A stretch of 64,000 nucleotides of DNA from the NCBI GenBank assembly GCA_965153355.1, contig OZ231126.1:18910001-18974000 (forward strand), given 5' to 3'. The DNA is from Flaccisagitta enflata (lineage: Eukaryota). The notes below the pieces were generated by a model. It searched no databases. It saw only the letters and a program-made list of their open reading frames with translations, and was not told the DNA's origin. The position numbers were made by a program, and so were the translations under genes. Positions 43,197 to 55,155 of the stretch are shown in pieces. Position 1 is the first letter of the stretch, and each line of letters starts with the position of its first letter.

Positions 43197-43456
43197 TTGA
43201 AGCAGTGAACTCATCAAAGAGGTTGATTAGTAATTGACCTGAGAGATTCCTTCATGGCAAATCGAATTCAGTTCACTGTCAAGTTCAAAATCTCGTTTCG
43301 TACTTACGTTATATGTCTACAGAAAGGAAACTTTACAATTACCAAAATGAGTAAAATTCCTATTTCAAGCAAAAGTCAAAACATCATTTTGTCTGTAGTT
43401 GCCTCTACCCGTGTATCTGTCTGTTCGTCTACCTAACCGTTTTGTCTGTCTGTCTG

Positions 43457-43500
<44 letters not shown>

Positions 43501-43666
43501 CCCTCCCATTACGCACCTTTTCCTTATCAACTATTTTTTCCTTCGAAGATAGAAGACCCGGGTGTCCGGCTTCATAGCGGCGTGTACCTTCTTTCGACTC
43601 TTGTATCACAATTTACATTATTATCTTTGTTTTCGCCGTATGCCGCACCTCTCTCTCTCGCTCTCG

Positions 43667-43778
<112 letters not shown>

Positions 43779-44358
43779 ACGATTTGATTTCAAAATCACT
43801 CTCCTCCTTTTTTTGTCATTTTTTTATCACGACTTTTCGAGTTCTTTCCTCCTTACTTCCTCTCTCATATTCGATTTTGCATAAAAAGAGTTGCAGATTC
43901 CGTCACCTAAGTATACACTCCTGTCACTCGCGTGTGTCAAATATTTATTGCGCAGTTTCCCTCTTTTTAGATTTGCTTTTTTGATAATCGTGTGAAAATA
44001 TAAAGGTGGATAAAAGTTGAAGAGAGAGAGAGAGAGAGGGAAATCAATCATTGATTAAAATCTTTGTCCCTCCTCTATCTCTTCAGATCCTTCATCGTTA
44101 TTAACGACATTAAATGACAGAAGAAAACAAAAGCCAACTTTGCCTTCGACGCAGTTTTCCCGACGTTTTTGGATATATGCCGATGATTTCGTAACAAATG
44201 ACGAAATAAAATGAACTAAATGTTGTCTATAATAACCAAAAATTGAATACAACAAAAAGGGTTTCCATCGCTTTTCTCTCCTCTTGTGAACGAACACCGT
44301 TTCTTTTAACAAAGCATTCCAAAAAAACTTCCGCACCTCCTCCTCCTCATCCTCCAAA

Positions 44359-44716
44359 ATGTGGTCATCCATGAGTCCCCTCCTCCTCTTGGTGCTGCTG
44401 GTGGTGTCGATGGCACCGGCTACGTTGACGGCGATGATGACGGTGAAACGAGCGGCCGTTAAAGGCGAAACCGTTACGCTGAGTTGCCCGCGAAAAATGG
44501 ACAAAACGGATGATCAAGTGATGCAATGGATCAAAGGCAGAGACGTCATCTTCGAAGACGACGGCATGATCATGAGCGAAAAGTGGAACAGCGACAAATT
44601 CGAGTAAGTCATTAGAACCATTGTCATCGATTTTCCATGAGCTGAGTGTCCTGTGTGGGTTTGAAGCGCGAGCGTTGTATGTGTGCGCGCACACGGAAGT
44701 GGGTGAGGGGGCATAA

Positions 44717-44807
<91 letters not shown>

Positions 44808-46362
44808 CGTGTGTGCGTGCGTGCGTGCGTACTAACGTGTGCATATTAGTGCGAGTCTCTATGTGCGCGAAAAGTCAGGAAAAAAGAAAGAGAAGAAGAA
44901 AAAAAAACAAATAGAAAAAAAGAAAGAAAAAAAGAAGAAAAAAAAAAGAAAACGAAAATAAGAGAGAAAAAAAAAGGACAAAAAAGAAAAAAGAATCAAT
45001 AAAAAAAAGATAGAAGAAAATCGTCCAAAGACCATTAACCTAAATATCCACTTTTTCTTCGCTTCAACAGTCTCAGCGCGGAAAACCCATCTCACTACAA
45101 TTTGACGATCAATTCGGTGACAAAGGAGGACAAAGACTCGTATTTCTGTCGTCTTTACGACATGGACACGGACGAAGTGACGAAATTTTACGAATACGAG
45201 TTGCTCGTTTTGGAGAAGCCGACGTGCGAAGACGGCAGCAACAAGCTCGTCAGGGGACAATCCTACGACTTTAACTGCAAGACGGACATCAATGACGCGC
45301 AGCTGTTATGGCGCGATGGCACCGCGGAAGGCACCGTCGGCAAGAACCTCGTCAAACCGGAAGTCGACACGACGTTGACTTATAGGACGACAAAGACGCT
45401 AATTGGCGAAGCGAAATATCAAGGCAAATCCGTCGAGTGCGAGCTGCAACACCCCGACTGGAGCGCGGACAAAGAACGTCTCGCTTGCAGGTATGCAAAA
45501 AGTGAAAGCCAACGATGGAAACGAGTTTTTTCTTTTTCGAGGGATTAGCAAGATCTTGTAATTATTTGCATTAGTTACAAATACTATACAAATACTTTTT
45601 ACAAATTCTTTCAACCAATTCCTTACTCAATATTGTTCCGCTCACAGCTTCGGCGTGATGAGCGTTGAAAACGCCGTCCTGATCACGTGCGACGAGGACA
45701 AGCAGAAAGGCGAGTCGGTCGTGTGCCAAGTCAAGAAGCGCGACGAACAGGCCGACTCCATCGACGCCGCCGACATCAAATTCGTCCTCGAGGGTCAGCC
45801 TCTCGCCGACGCCAAACCCGTCGCCACCAACATGATCGAACCCCTCGCCGACGGATCTGGATTCCAAGTCAGTTTGACTTCCAGCGCGACGGGACAGAAT
45901 CACGCCATCGTCGTCGGCGAAGACGTCGGGCCATGGCAGAAGATGCCGCTTAAGCCCAAGATCGACCATCCTGATGAAGAGAAAAAGTCGAGCATGACGG
46001 GCGTCATCGTCGTCATCGTCATCATCGCTCTTTTGCTCGTCGCCATCGTCGTTCTCGTCGTTTTGTGGAAACGTAAAATCATCTTTTCGGCTTCGAAATC
46101 GAAAGAAGCCGACGCGGAAAAGGGAGCGCCGAAACTGAACGGCGTGACTTACAACAACGGCGGCGTCAACGGCACGGCGACGAATGGCGTCAACGCGGAC
46201 GAAAAGACTCTTTTGGACAACAAATGCGATTCCCAAGTGGACGCTGAAAACAAGAAGAACAACGACGAAAGGAGGAGCAGCAACGCCTCCTCGGAAGACG
46301 ATAAGAAACTCATCATCGATTCAGACTCGGGAAAAACCAAAAACAGCGACGACGGCATCTAA
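44359..46362 (+). CDS. Ig-superfamily type I membrane protein, 459 aa, nectin/CADM/fasciclin-3-like architecture (exons 44359-44603, 45071-45490, 45648-46362)
   Basis: Signal peptide, then a V-set domain (VTLSC...QW...YNLTINSVTKEDKDSYFC) and a second Ig domain (FNC...LLW...VECELQHP). A possible third divergent domain precedes the TM helix (GVIVVIVIIALLLVAIVVLVVLW-KRK) and an acidic tail. Two phase-2 GT-AG introns give 1380 nt of open frame. Confidence 0.88.
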
Positions 46363-47910
46363 ATTGAGAGATTGAGTGATTACAGCGGAGGAAATAGAGA
46401 GAGAAAAAAAGTTATATTCCATTCAAGTGGTGGAAGAGGAGCCCCCGGCTTTCGCACGACGATAATCATCAACGCACGACAAAGACGCAAAATTGTGCGC
46501 TTGAAATGCATCGCACGGCAACCAACCCCCCTTCCCCCCAAATCCCCCCCCCTCAAAAAAAAACAACACACACACAAACATTCCCTGTCAGTCCCTAAAG
46601 CGCCACCTTACCCCCCATTACACGCGTCCCGGATCCCCCTCGCGCACGCTAGACAGGAAGCTGCGTGCAAACATGTCGATATCTTCGCCTCATCATCAAT
46701 CTCGTCATTTTAGCCCCATTTGGTCCGGAAAAAAAGAGGCCCTGCGTAGAAATACTTGGGTCGACGCGACGCTCATTCGAGTGACTCTATGATCGCTCAC
46801 TTAATTTTCATCGCTTTCAATTGCAATTGACTGTTTGACATTTCTCTTCTTTTCTTTTTTGTTTCTCAACGTCTCGCCGCATTTGCATTTCGTTACTCAC
46901 CTTTTTGATTACTTGGCTGTTGGGGTGCATTTTTTTTTACAGAAAAAAAACAAAACATTGTAACTGATTTTTTTTTACGAACGAAAGAAAATAATCTACA
47001 ATAGTTTCAAAGCATTTAAGCATTCATTGGAAGGGGAGTTTCAAAACATATTGTAAATGCGTTCTTATCCTAAACTTGCCACCCCTTTCCCGCTCCAACC
47101 CCCCCCCCCGGGCCTGGCCCCCTCCCAACCCTCATCTCCACCTCCTCCATGCCCGTGTCCGTCTAGTATTTAGTTAGTCTTACTTTACTTTCAATATATG
47201 AACAAAAAACATGTCCCTCAAAAAACTGTCCGATCTTTTTGTACATACAATTTTCAGTTCATAAAAAAATGCATTATCAACGTACAGATTTATATTTGAA
47301 TTTCGCTTCTTTTTTTTTGTTCCTTGTGTCATCATTTTTACGTTTGGCAAATTCATTTCCTCAGATTTTTGCATTAAATCAGGGTCGAGTCTCGTCATCT
47401 CTTTTTATTTTCGTTTTTTTTTTTTCTGTCGTTGATCTGCATTTTAATCGATTGAAATGAGATGAATAAAAAAATGAAACACCTTATACCTCAGTCTAAT
47501 TGAAAACATAAGGCTACACTTCTTAGTCTTAGAGGTATTAGATATTAGGTCATGAATGTCGTGCGAGTAAAAAAGGGGCATGCACAACAAAATCCTTCGA
47601 TTACTTTATAATCAACACCGGCTGATAACGAAATTCGCTTAGCTAGGAACTGAGCCGATATCCCCGGCCATGGTAGCGTAGCTAGGCACTGGGCAGGGGC
47701 AGTTTATTTGAGTTCTTGAAAATTGTGCTAATGGGTAGTCCATCAAACGCTCAAAAACGGGAGTTTCTCTTCAGCAACTCGCCAATTTATCCAGTTGTAC
47801 GCACGAACGAATCTTTCTCCCTTTCAAAAATGTTTACTTCAACGAGCCGCAGCAGAGATTGGTCACGCACTTCCTTCAGGAAAAACATTGTTCAAGGCTT
47901 TTTCTGCAAT

Positions 47911-48072
47911 AAACAAGGCCGGATACACGGCCAAAACCAGTCGCGGACGGGTGGGCAGGGGCGGAAAATGCGTGTTTTTGCACTTTCGAACTCGATCATT
48001 ACCGACGGACGGACGGACGGACCAACGGACGGACAAAGCATCTTATAGAGTCGCTAGTCCGCGACTAAAAAA
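47911..48072 (-). mobile_element. HINE family A copy
   Basis: AACAAGGCCGGATACACGGCC...AGTCGCGGAC...AGTCGCTAGTCCGCGACTAAAAAA on the plus strand. Confidence 0.8.
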
Positions 48073-48623
48073 GGCCGGTAGAAATATGCGCGCCCGAATG
48101 TTTCACATCATTTTTTCACTGTCAAAAATGACATATTCAAGAATTTCTTTTTTTCCTCATGTAGTCCAGACGCAAACCTATTTGCAGGGCAAATTTCATG
48201 TAATTTCTAGCCTGAAATATTACAAAATTATTCGATTTATTGAGATTAAAAGTGCGACATAAAAATGTACAAGATAATCTTGTTATATCTATATCTCAGG
48301 CTAAAATAGACATAGTGCAATGCTAAAATAGACATAATGCTTTGAAAATTAACACGTAATCCAGTTTACTATAGCGGACTACGTTCAAAAATATAGCACC
48401 GAGAATCAGTATTTCCTTGTTTCTTGTTTCACATTTCATTCAAGCCCAACACAGGGGCGTAGGGGAAGATGCTGCCACAGTGCCATATCTGCCATGGCAG
48501 TACCTTTTGTTGGGACACCATAGTTGTTGGACACTAATCTCCTTGGGGGAGGGGGGGGAGAAAGAGAAGGAAGAAGAAAAAAAAAGAGAAAAAATCTAAA
48601 AAGAGTATGGGTCCGCGACTGAG

Positions 48624-48830
48624 GTCAAACGGCGTTGTCAAATGGCGTTGTCAAACGGCGTTGTCAAACGGCGTTGTCGAATGGCGTTGTCAAACGGCGT
48701 TGTCGAATTGCGTTGTCAAACGGCGTTGTCAAATGGCGTTGTCAAATGGCGTCGTCAAACGGCATTGTCAAATGGCATTGTCGCACAGCATTGTCAAATG
48801 GCATTGTCAAACGGCATTGTCAAACGGCAT
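48624..48830. repeat. 13-bp minisatellite (GTCAAAYGGCRTT)n
   Basis: About 16 tandem copies; left copies have GGCGTT and right copies GGCATT. Confidence 0.92.
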
Positions 48831-48950
48831 TTTTCTTTTATCAAATATCGTTCATCTTCAGTTTTCGGGCAATTGTTTTTGAGGACCTAATTTGCATAAT
48901 GCAGTGGGACAAAACAATATGCTGACATTCTTTGAATTAACTTTTATAAA

Positions 48951-49153
48951 TTTTTAGTCGCGTGCACGCGACTCTACAACCCGCTTTGTCCGTCGGTTGG
49001 TCGGTCGGTTGGTCGGTCGGTCTGTCACACTTTACTTTTTTTTTATGATTTTATTTCTTGGACCTCACTGTCCCTGCCTAAATGATCTGGTGACCTCGAA
49101 TATGGCCCCTGCCCACCCGCACGCGACTTCAGTAGCCGTGTATCCGGCCTTGT
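48951..49153 (+). mobile_element. HINE family A, complete copy
   Basis: TTTTTAGTCGCGTGCACGCGACT...GCACGCGACT...GCCGTGTATCCGGCCTTGTT. Confidence 0.8.
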
Positions 49154-50183
49154 TACTCTTCATAGAAATGTTAATCTGCCTTTTTATGAGACCTTTCATA
49201 GCTTATATTCTTAGATCTGAGTTTATTTTAACAAATATCATGATTTTCTAAAACAAATAATTGTCCTTTTTGTAACAAAACTACACAGGATTTTGCTGAA
49301 TTTAGGGAAATCTGTGGAAACTTTAGAGCCAAAACAAAAACAGAAGATGAAGAAATTTTGAACAAGGCCAAGTAGGCCAGTAGGTGCGACGTGTGGATCG
49401 TCGAACGAATGCGTTACAGACCAACCAACCGACAGACCAACCAACCGACGGACACAGCCAGTTATAGAGGTGCTTTGGAAAATGGAAAATGAAAAGAAAA
49501 TGAAAATGAAAGGAAAATGGTCATCTTCATGATTTTTGCTTCTCCACATCCAAGTAGGGTGAAGGGATACTCCCAACTTTTGCTGTGTGATGTGTGCAAC
49601 AATTCATCCTATATAAAACTCATACAATTATCCAAATAAGAAACATTAAACTTTAAAGAAAATCTGATGTCAAGCACCCAACGACGTTATTCATTTAGAA
49701 ACAATAACAGTAATCACTTTTTTAGTTTAAAGACAAAAGCAATTGATAATTTATGTTAGGACACTAACTTTGTCGGGCACAGATTGGAGGGTGGCAGTGG
49801 TAAAAAGTCTTACTCCCCTACGCCCGCGACCCTTGCCGGCAACAGGTTGGATAGGGGCAGTACTACAAACAAGGCCGGATACATGGCAATCCAGTCGCGG
49901 ATGGTTAGGCTTGAGCGGTAATGGCAAAACCCCTCGGAATTCAAAAATGTGACCGACCGACAGACATAGCGACCGACACAGCAAGGTTTGGAGTCGCATG
50001 CCCGCGACTAAAAATACACATACATGACGCACACATACCTAGGAATGACATATGTATCACCAAATACTAAGGCAACAAGCCCAACCGGGCCACGATGCGT
50101 CCAGACTGTGTCTCTATGTGTATTGAACATGTGACATATATGGAGAGACAGATAGTCGAATAGACAGATGCAATGACAGAGTA

Positions 50184-53100
50184 CACACGGAAGCAAAATA
50201 CAAGGTGTGGAGGCGCAAAAGTTTTAGCATACCCCCCTACAGCCAATTCAGCTGCATTAATTATCAACTTTTAAGTTGTTTTGAAACCCTAAAGGCCCTA
50301 AATGAAATGATCAGATTATCTATTTTTTGATAGGTTTTGCTTGTTATTTGCTTGTCCGGACAAAATCTGGACATGCCAATGTGGCCATTTTGACCTTATT
50401 TTTAGGTCCCCTAGGGGTAGGGGTGGTCACAAAAAATGGTTTGGCAAGGTAATCCAGGTAGTTAGGTAGGTCATCAAACTATAAAAACTTGTCACAATGC
50501 AATAGACATTGCGGTAACAGTGTTAACGTGGTGGTAAGTCGGGTTCTCGCTTCGAAAAGAGATTGTGACATTTACCTTTAAAATTAAAAAAATTATTTAT
50601 TAGGCAAATCATGCCAATTTTTTTCACTGGTTCATACAGTTGTAAGTTCTAGAATTGACCCAAAAATGACCAAAGAGACCTAAAAATGCATTTTTTTACA
50701 CATTTTCAAAATCAAATAAAAAATAATGAAATTTTTTCCTACCAATGGCAATCTTTCCACTCATAGAGGCTCAATGGAGTGCAAGGGGCTGATAACTACA
50801 AACCAGTCGCCCAAGGGCGATTTGTGGTCAGCGATACCCGTTGCCCTGCTATGTATGTCGGTGAATGTAAGTGCTGGGTAGCAGAGCAGCGGCCCCGAAG
50901 GGGACGATGTCCTGTAGAACACAGGGGGACTTTCGTTTGTTCGTTTGTCCGTTTGTGAGTGCAGATTTGAGCCTTAGGGCTGGGATTTGAGCCTCAATGC
51001 TGGGATTTGAGCCTTGAGGCTGGGATTTGAGCCTTGAGGCTGGGATTTGAGCCTTGAGGCTGGGATTTGAGCCCTGAGGCTGGGATTTGAGCCTTGAGGC
51101 TGGGATTTGAGCCTTGAGGCTGGGATTTGAGCCTTGAGGCTGGGATTTGAGCCTTGAGGCTAAGATTTGAGCCTGGAGGCTGAGATTTGAGCCTTGAGGC
51201 TGGGATTTGAGCCTTGAGGCTAGAATTTGAGCCTCAAGGCTGGGATTTGAGCCTTGAGGCTGGAGTTAGAGCCCAGAGGCTGGGATTTGAGCCTCAAGGC
51301 TGGGGTTTGAGCCTCAGGGGGGGACGCACGCACGCACGCACACATGTATGAATGAACGAACAAACGAAAGTCCCCCTGTGTTCTACAGGACATCGTCCCC
51401 TTTGAGGCCGCTGCCTAAAAATGCAACCCTGGAATTCAAAACAGGCCCTGTAAAGGTTGAAATAATGACCGAAAATGACCAAAAAAGACAAAAACACTTT
51501 CAAACTGAATCAAATTTATTGATTAAGCTAATCGGGCCAATGTTTTTCACTGGTTCATACAGTTGTAAGTTCTAGAATTGATCTAGACCAATAAATGGCC
51601 AGTGGGAGCGTTTGGGAGCCGAAAAGAACCCAAAAATGACTAAAAAAGACCTAAAAATGCATTGTTTTACACATTTTCAAAATCCAAATAAAAAAGATAA
51701 AATTGTTTCCTCCTTTTGGCAATTTTCCCACTTATATAGGCTAAATGAAGTTCAAGGGGCATTTTTCGACCTCTACGGGGCCTGTTTTTAATACCAGGGT
51801 TGAATTTTTGCAGTTATCAGCCCCTTGCACTCCATTGAGCTTACATGAGTGGAAAAATTGTCATTGGGAGGAAAAAAATTCATTATTTTTCATTTGATTT
51901 TGAAATGTGTAAAAAAATGCATTTTTAGGTCTTTTTGGCCATTTTTGGGTTCTATTTGGCCCCGAAATGCCTTGAGTCTAGACCAGAGAAAAATTGGCTC
52001 AATTTGCTTAATCAATTTTTTTTTAATTTTGAAGCGTTTTGTCATTTTTGGTCATTATTTCAAATTCTACAGGGCCTGTTTTGAATTCCAGGGTTGAACT
52101 TTTTGCAGTTATCAGCCCCTTGCACTCCATTGAGCCTACATGATTGGAAAAATTGCCATTAGGAGGAAAAAAGTTCATTATTTTTCGTTGGATATTGAAA
52201 ATGTGTGAAAAAATGCATTTTGAGGTCTTTTTTGGCCATTTTTGGGTTCTTATTGGCCCCCAAACGCTCCCACTGGCCATCTATTGGTCTAGATCACTTC
52301 TAGAACTCACAACTGTATGAACCAGTAAAAAAAAATTGGGTTGATTTGCATAATTAATCAATTTTTTTTTCAATTTTGATGCGTTTTTCGTCATTTTTGG
52401 TCATTTTTGGTCATTATTTCGACCTCTATGGAGCTTGTTTTAAATTCCAGGGGTCAATTTTTTGCAGTCATCAGCCTCTTGCACTCCATTGAGCCTATAT
52501 GATTGGAAAAATTGCCATTAGGAGGAAAAATTTCATTACTTTTCATTGGATTTTGAAAATGTGTTAAAAAAATGCATTTTTAGTTTGGTTTTTTTTGCCA
52601 TTTTTGGGTTTTTATTGGCCCCCAAACGCTCCAACTGTCCATTTATTGGTCTAGATCACTTCTAGAACTTACAACTGCATGAACCAGTATGAAAAATTGG
52701 GTTGATTTGCCTAATTATTCAATTTTTTTGAATTTTGAAGCGTTTTTTGTCATTTTTGGTAATTTTTGGTCATTATTTCGACCTCTACGGGGCCTGCTTT
52801 AATTCCAGGGTTGATTTTTTCTGCAGTTATCAGCCCCTTGCACTCCATTGAGCCTATATGATTGGAAAAATTGCCCTTAGGAGGAAAAAATTTCACTATT
52901 TTTTATTGGATATTGAAAATATGTAAAAAATGCATATTTAGGTCTTTTTTGGCCATTTCTGGCTTTTAATTGGCCCCCAAACCCTCCCACTGGCCATTTA
53001 TTGGTCTAGATCACTCCTAGAACTTACATCTGTATGAACCAGTAAAAAAATTGGGTTGATTTGCCTATTTAATCATTTTTTTTAAATTTTGAAGCGTTTT

Positions 53101-53928
53101 TGTTCATTTTTGGTCATTTTTGGTCATTATTTCGATCTATAAGGGGCCTTTTTTTAATTTCAGGGTTGAATTTTTTGCCGTTATCAGCCCCTTGCACTCC
53201 ACTGAGCCTATATGAGTGGAAAAATTGCCCTAAGGAGGAAAAATTTTCATTATTTTTCATTAATTTTTGAGTATGCTTAAAACAGTTCATTTTTAGGGTC
53301 TTTTTTTGGCTATTTTTGAGTTCTTGACAGCCCCCTATCGCATCTGCTGGCCATTTCTCAGCCTAGACCACTTCCATAAGTTACAACTGTGTGAACCAGT
53401 AAAAGAAATTGGATTAATTTGCCAAATTAATCAATTTTTTGGAATTTTAAAGTGATTTTGTCATTTTTGGTCATTATTGGTCGTTTTTTCAACCTTCGCA
53501 GAGTTGGTGTTACTCGTGGGGGCCTCTGGGTGCCCAACTATGGTGCTTGGGGCCTTCCCCTAACTATACCACAACTCCAATTTTACAGCCAGCCCCATCA
53601 GAGACCATAGCCCTGATCTGAAACACCCCACCTAAAGGGTATATAAATGGCGTCATCAGAGCGAATGTTGAAATTCTGTTTTAAACCCTCAAATTTACCC
53701 ATTTTGCCTCTAAAATAGCTGCTCCGCAAAAAGTTGAAAAAAGGGAAGAAAAAGGCTAATTTTGGGGGTTTTAGATAAAAATTCAAAAATCGCTCTGATG
53801 ATGCCATTTATTTTCCTCTTAGGTACTCAAAACAAATTTAAATAAAAGATTTGAACAAGCTGAATTGTCTGTAGGGGGGTATGCTATAACTTTTGGCGCC
53901 TCCACACCTTGTATTTTGCGTCCATGTG
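50184..53928. mobile_element. 3.7-kb non-autonomous TIR element with ~359-bp internal tandem repeats, inserted in a HINE-like element
   Basis: ~70-bp TIRs (CACACGGAAGCAAAATACAAGGTGTGGAGGCGC... / ...GCGCCTCCACACCTTGTATTTTGCGTCCATGTG) flanked by TA. The motif TCAGCCCCTTGCACTCCA recurs near 51815, 52110, 52470, 52830 and 53185, with inverted copies at ~50570-51760. Confidence 0.8.
50801..51420 (-). mobile_element. HINE-like family B copy carrying a 20-bp minisatellite (GCTGGGATTTGAGCCTTGAG)n
   Basis: Same inverted repeats and 3' tail as 12906-13480. It interrupts an A-run of the host repeat unit with no TSD. Confidence 0.8.
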
Positions 53929-54164
53929 TAGTGAAGAAGGCTCTCAAAATATGTTTGTCGATCATTAGATTTAGTACAGGATCTCACCATGGCCAAAAAA
54001 AGCCAAGAAACGCGGTTTTTGCACAAGCGTAACTGACGGACATACGGACGGATCGGACGGACGGACCGACGGACGGACAGACAAACCCTCTTATAGAGAT
54101 GCGTTCCTGACGGACGCATCTAAAAAAGGCCAACGTAATCGTGTAATGGACATACGCGTCGCAT

Positions 54165-54720
54165 TTGGATGCTTCGCATACGAAAAATTTTGAATTTCTT
54201 CTCGTTTTGCTAATCCAGTACGGAGTGGAAAAAATCATGACGATGACCGTTTTCCTTATCTCAAAATACAATTGTCTGCCGTTTTTTTTAGCATTCAGAG
54301 TATCCAACAGAATTCAATGGGAAAGCAAACTTCCCCATAAAGAGACTAACAATTGCCTTAGAAAACCGTCTATTAAACAAAAATCATCTTCAAAACAAGA
54401 ACGAAAATGTTGTGGACATTTTGTGTGACACAGATGCGCGGTCTAAATGATACATGAAGAAGTTCGTAGTGTCTTGTACAAACTGAAACCTGACAGAAAC
54501 TCTGACTGCAAATTAGGATATAAAATAGAGCTGCTTAAAAACTGAAGATGACCAATTTTTGGGGGAAAAAATGGTGAGGGCCTTGAAATTAGTCCCTCCG
54601 CATTGGGTTAAGCCTTAAGGGGACGAGAAGAAAAATAGTGAGGGCCTTAAAATTAATCCCTCCGCATTGGGTTAAGAGGACGAGAAGAAATTCAAAATTT
54701 TTGGTATGCGAAGCACCCAA
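54165..54720. mobile_element. MULE/Mutator-type MITE upstream of RPB5
   Basis: TIRs TTGGATGCTTCGCATAC / GTATGCGAAGCACCCAA and a perfect 9-bp TSD GCGTCGCAT (54156-54164, 54721-54729). Confidence 0.88.
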
Positions 54721-55155
54721 GCGTCGCATAAGCGTTTATACTGCCAGAACCGTGGGCCTTTCCAGTGGGGTGTCTTTTGTTTTTCTAACGACTAATTCTG
54801 AACTGGAAAGCAGTGTCGCGCACTCTAGCGAAATTCTTGATTCATCATTTTGTCAAATTTTACGCTTGCACTCGTCCCGGGGTATTTCTTTTAAAATTAG
54901 CGTCACTCGCCCTTATTTCCTTGATTTCCAGTCGTTTTAGTTTTGCGGTTCCGTTCAATCTCCAGCGGTTGGTTACTCGGCTTTAGGCGTGCCGTTGCTA
55001 GTGTTGTGGTTGCTGTTTATTTGCAGTTTTGCTGCGGTTATCGTTTTCCGTTGCATTGGCAGCGGCATTATTGTATTTATGGGCAAACGCTTTCGTGTAA
55101 CACTACCGACTTGCCCATTGCCCATTTACTCAGGTATCCTCCAAGCGGTTTCAGA

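Noticed and set aside
48607-48925. Repetitive ORFs and a superficially CRISPR-like array
   Set aside because: A head-to-tail 13-bp minisatellite with no spacers, in eukaryotic DNA.
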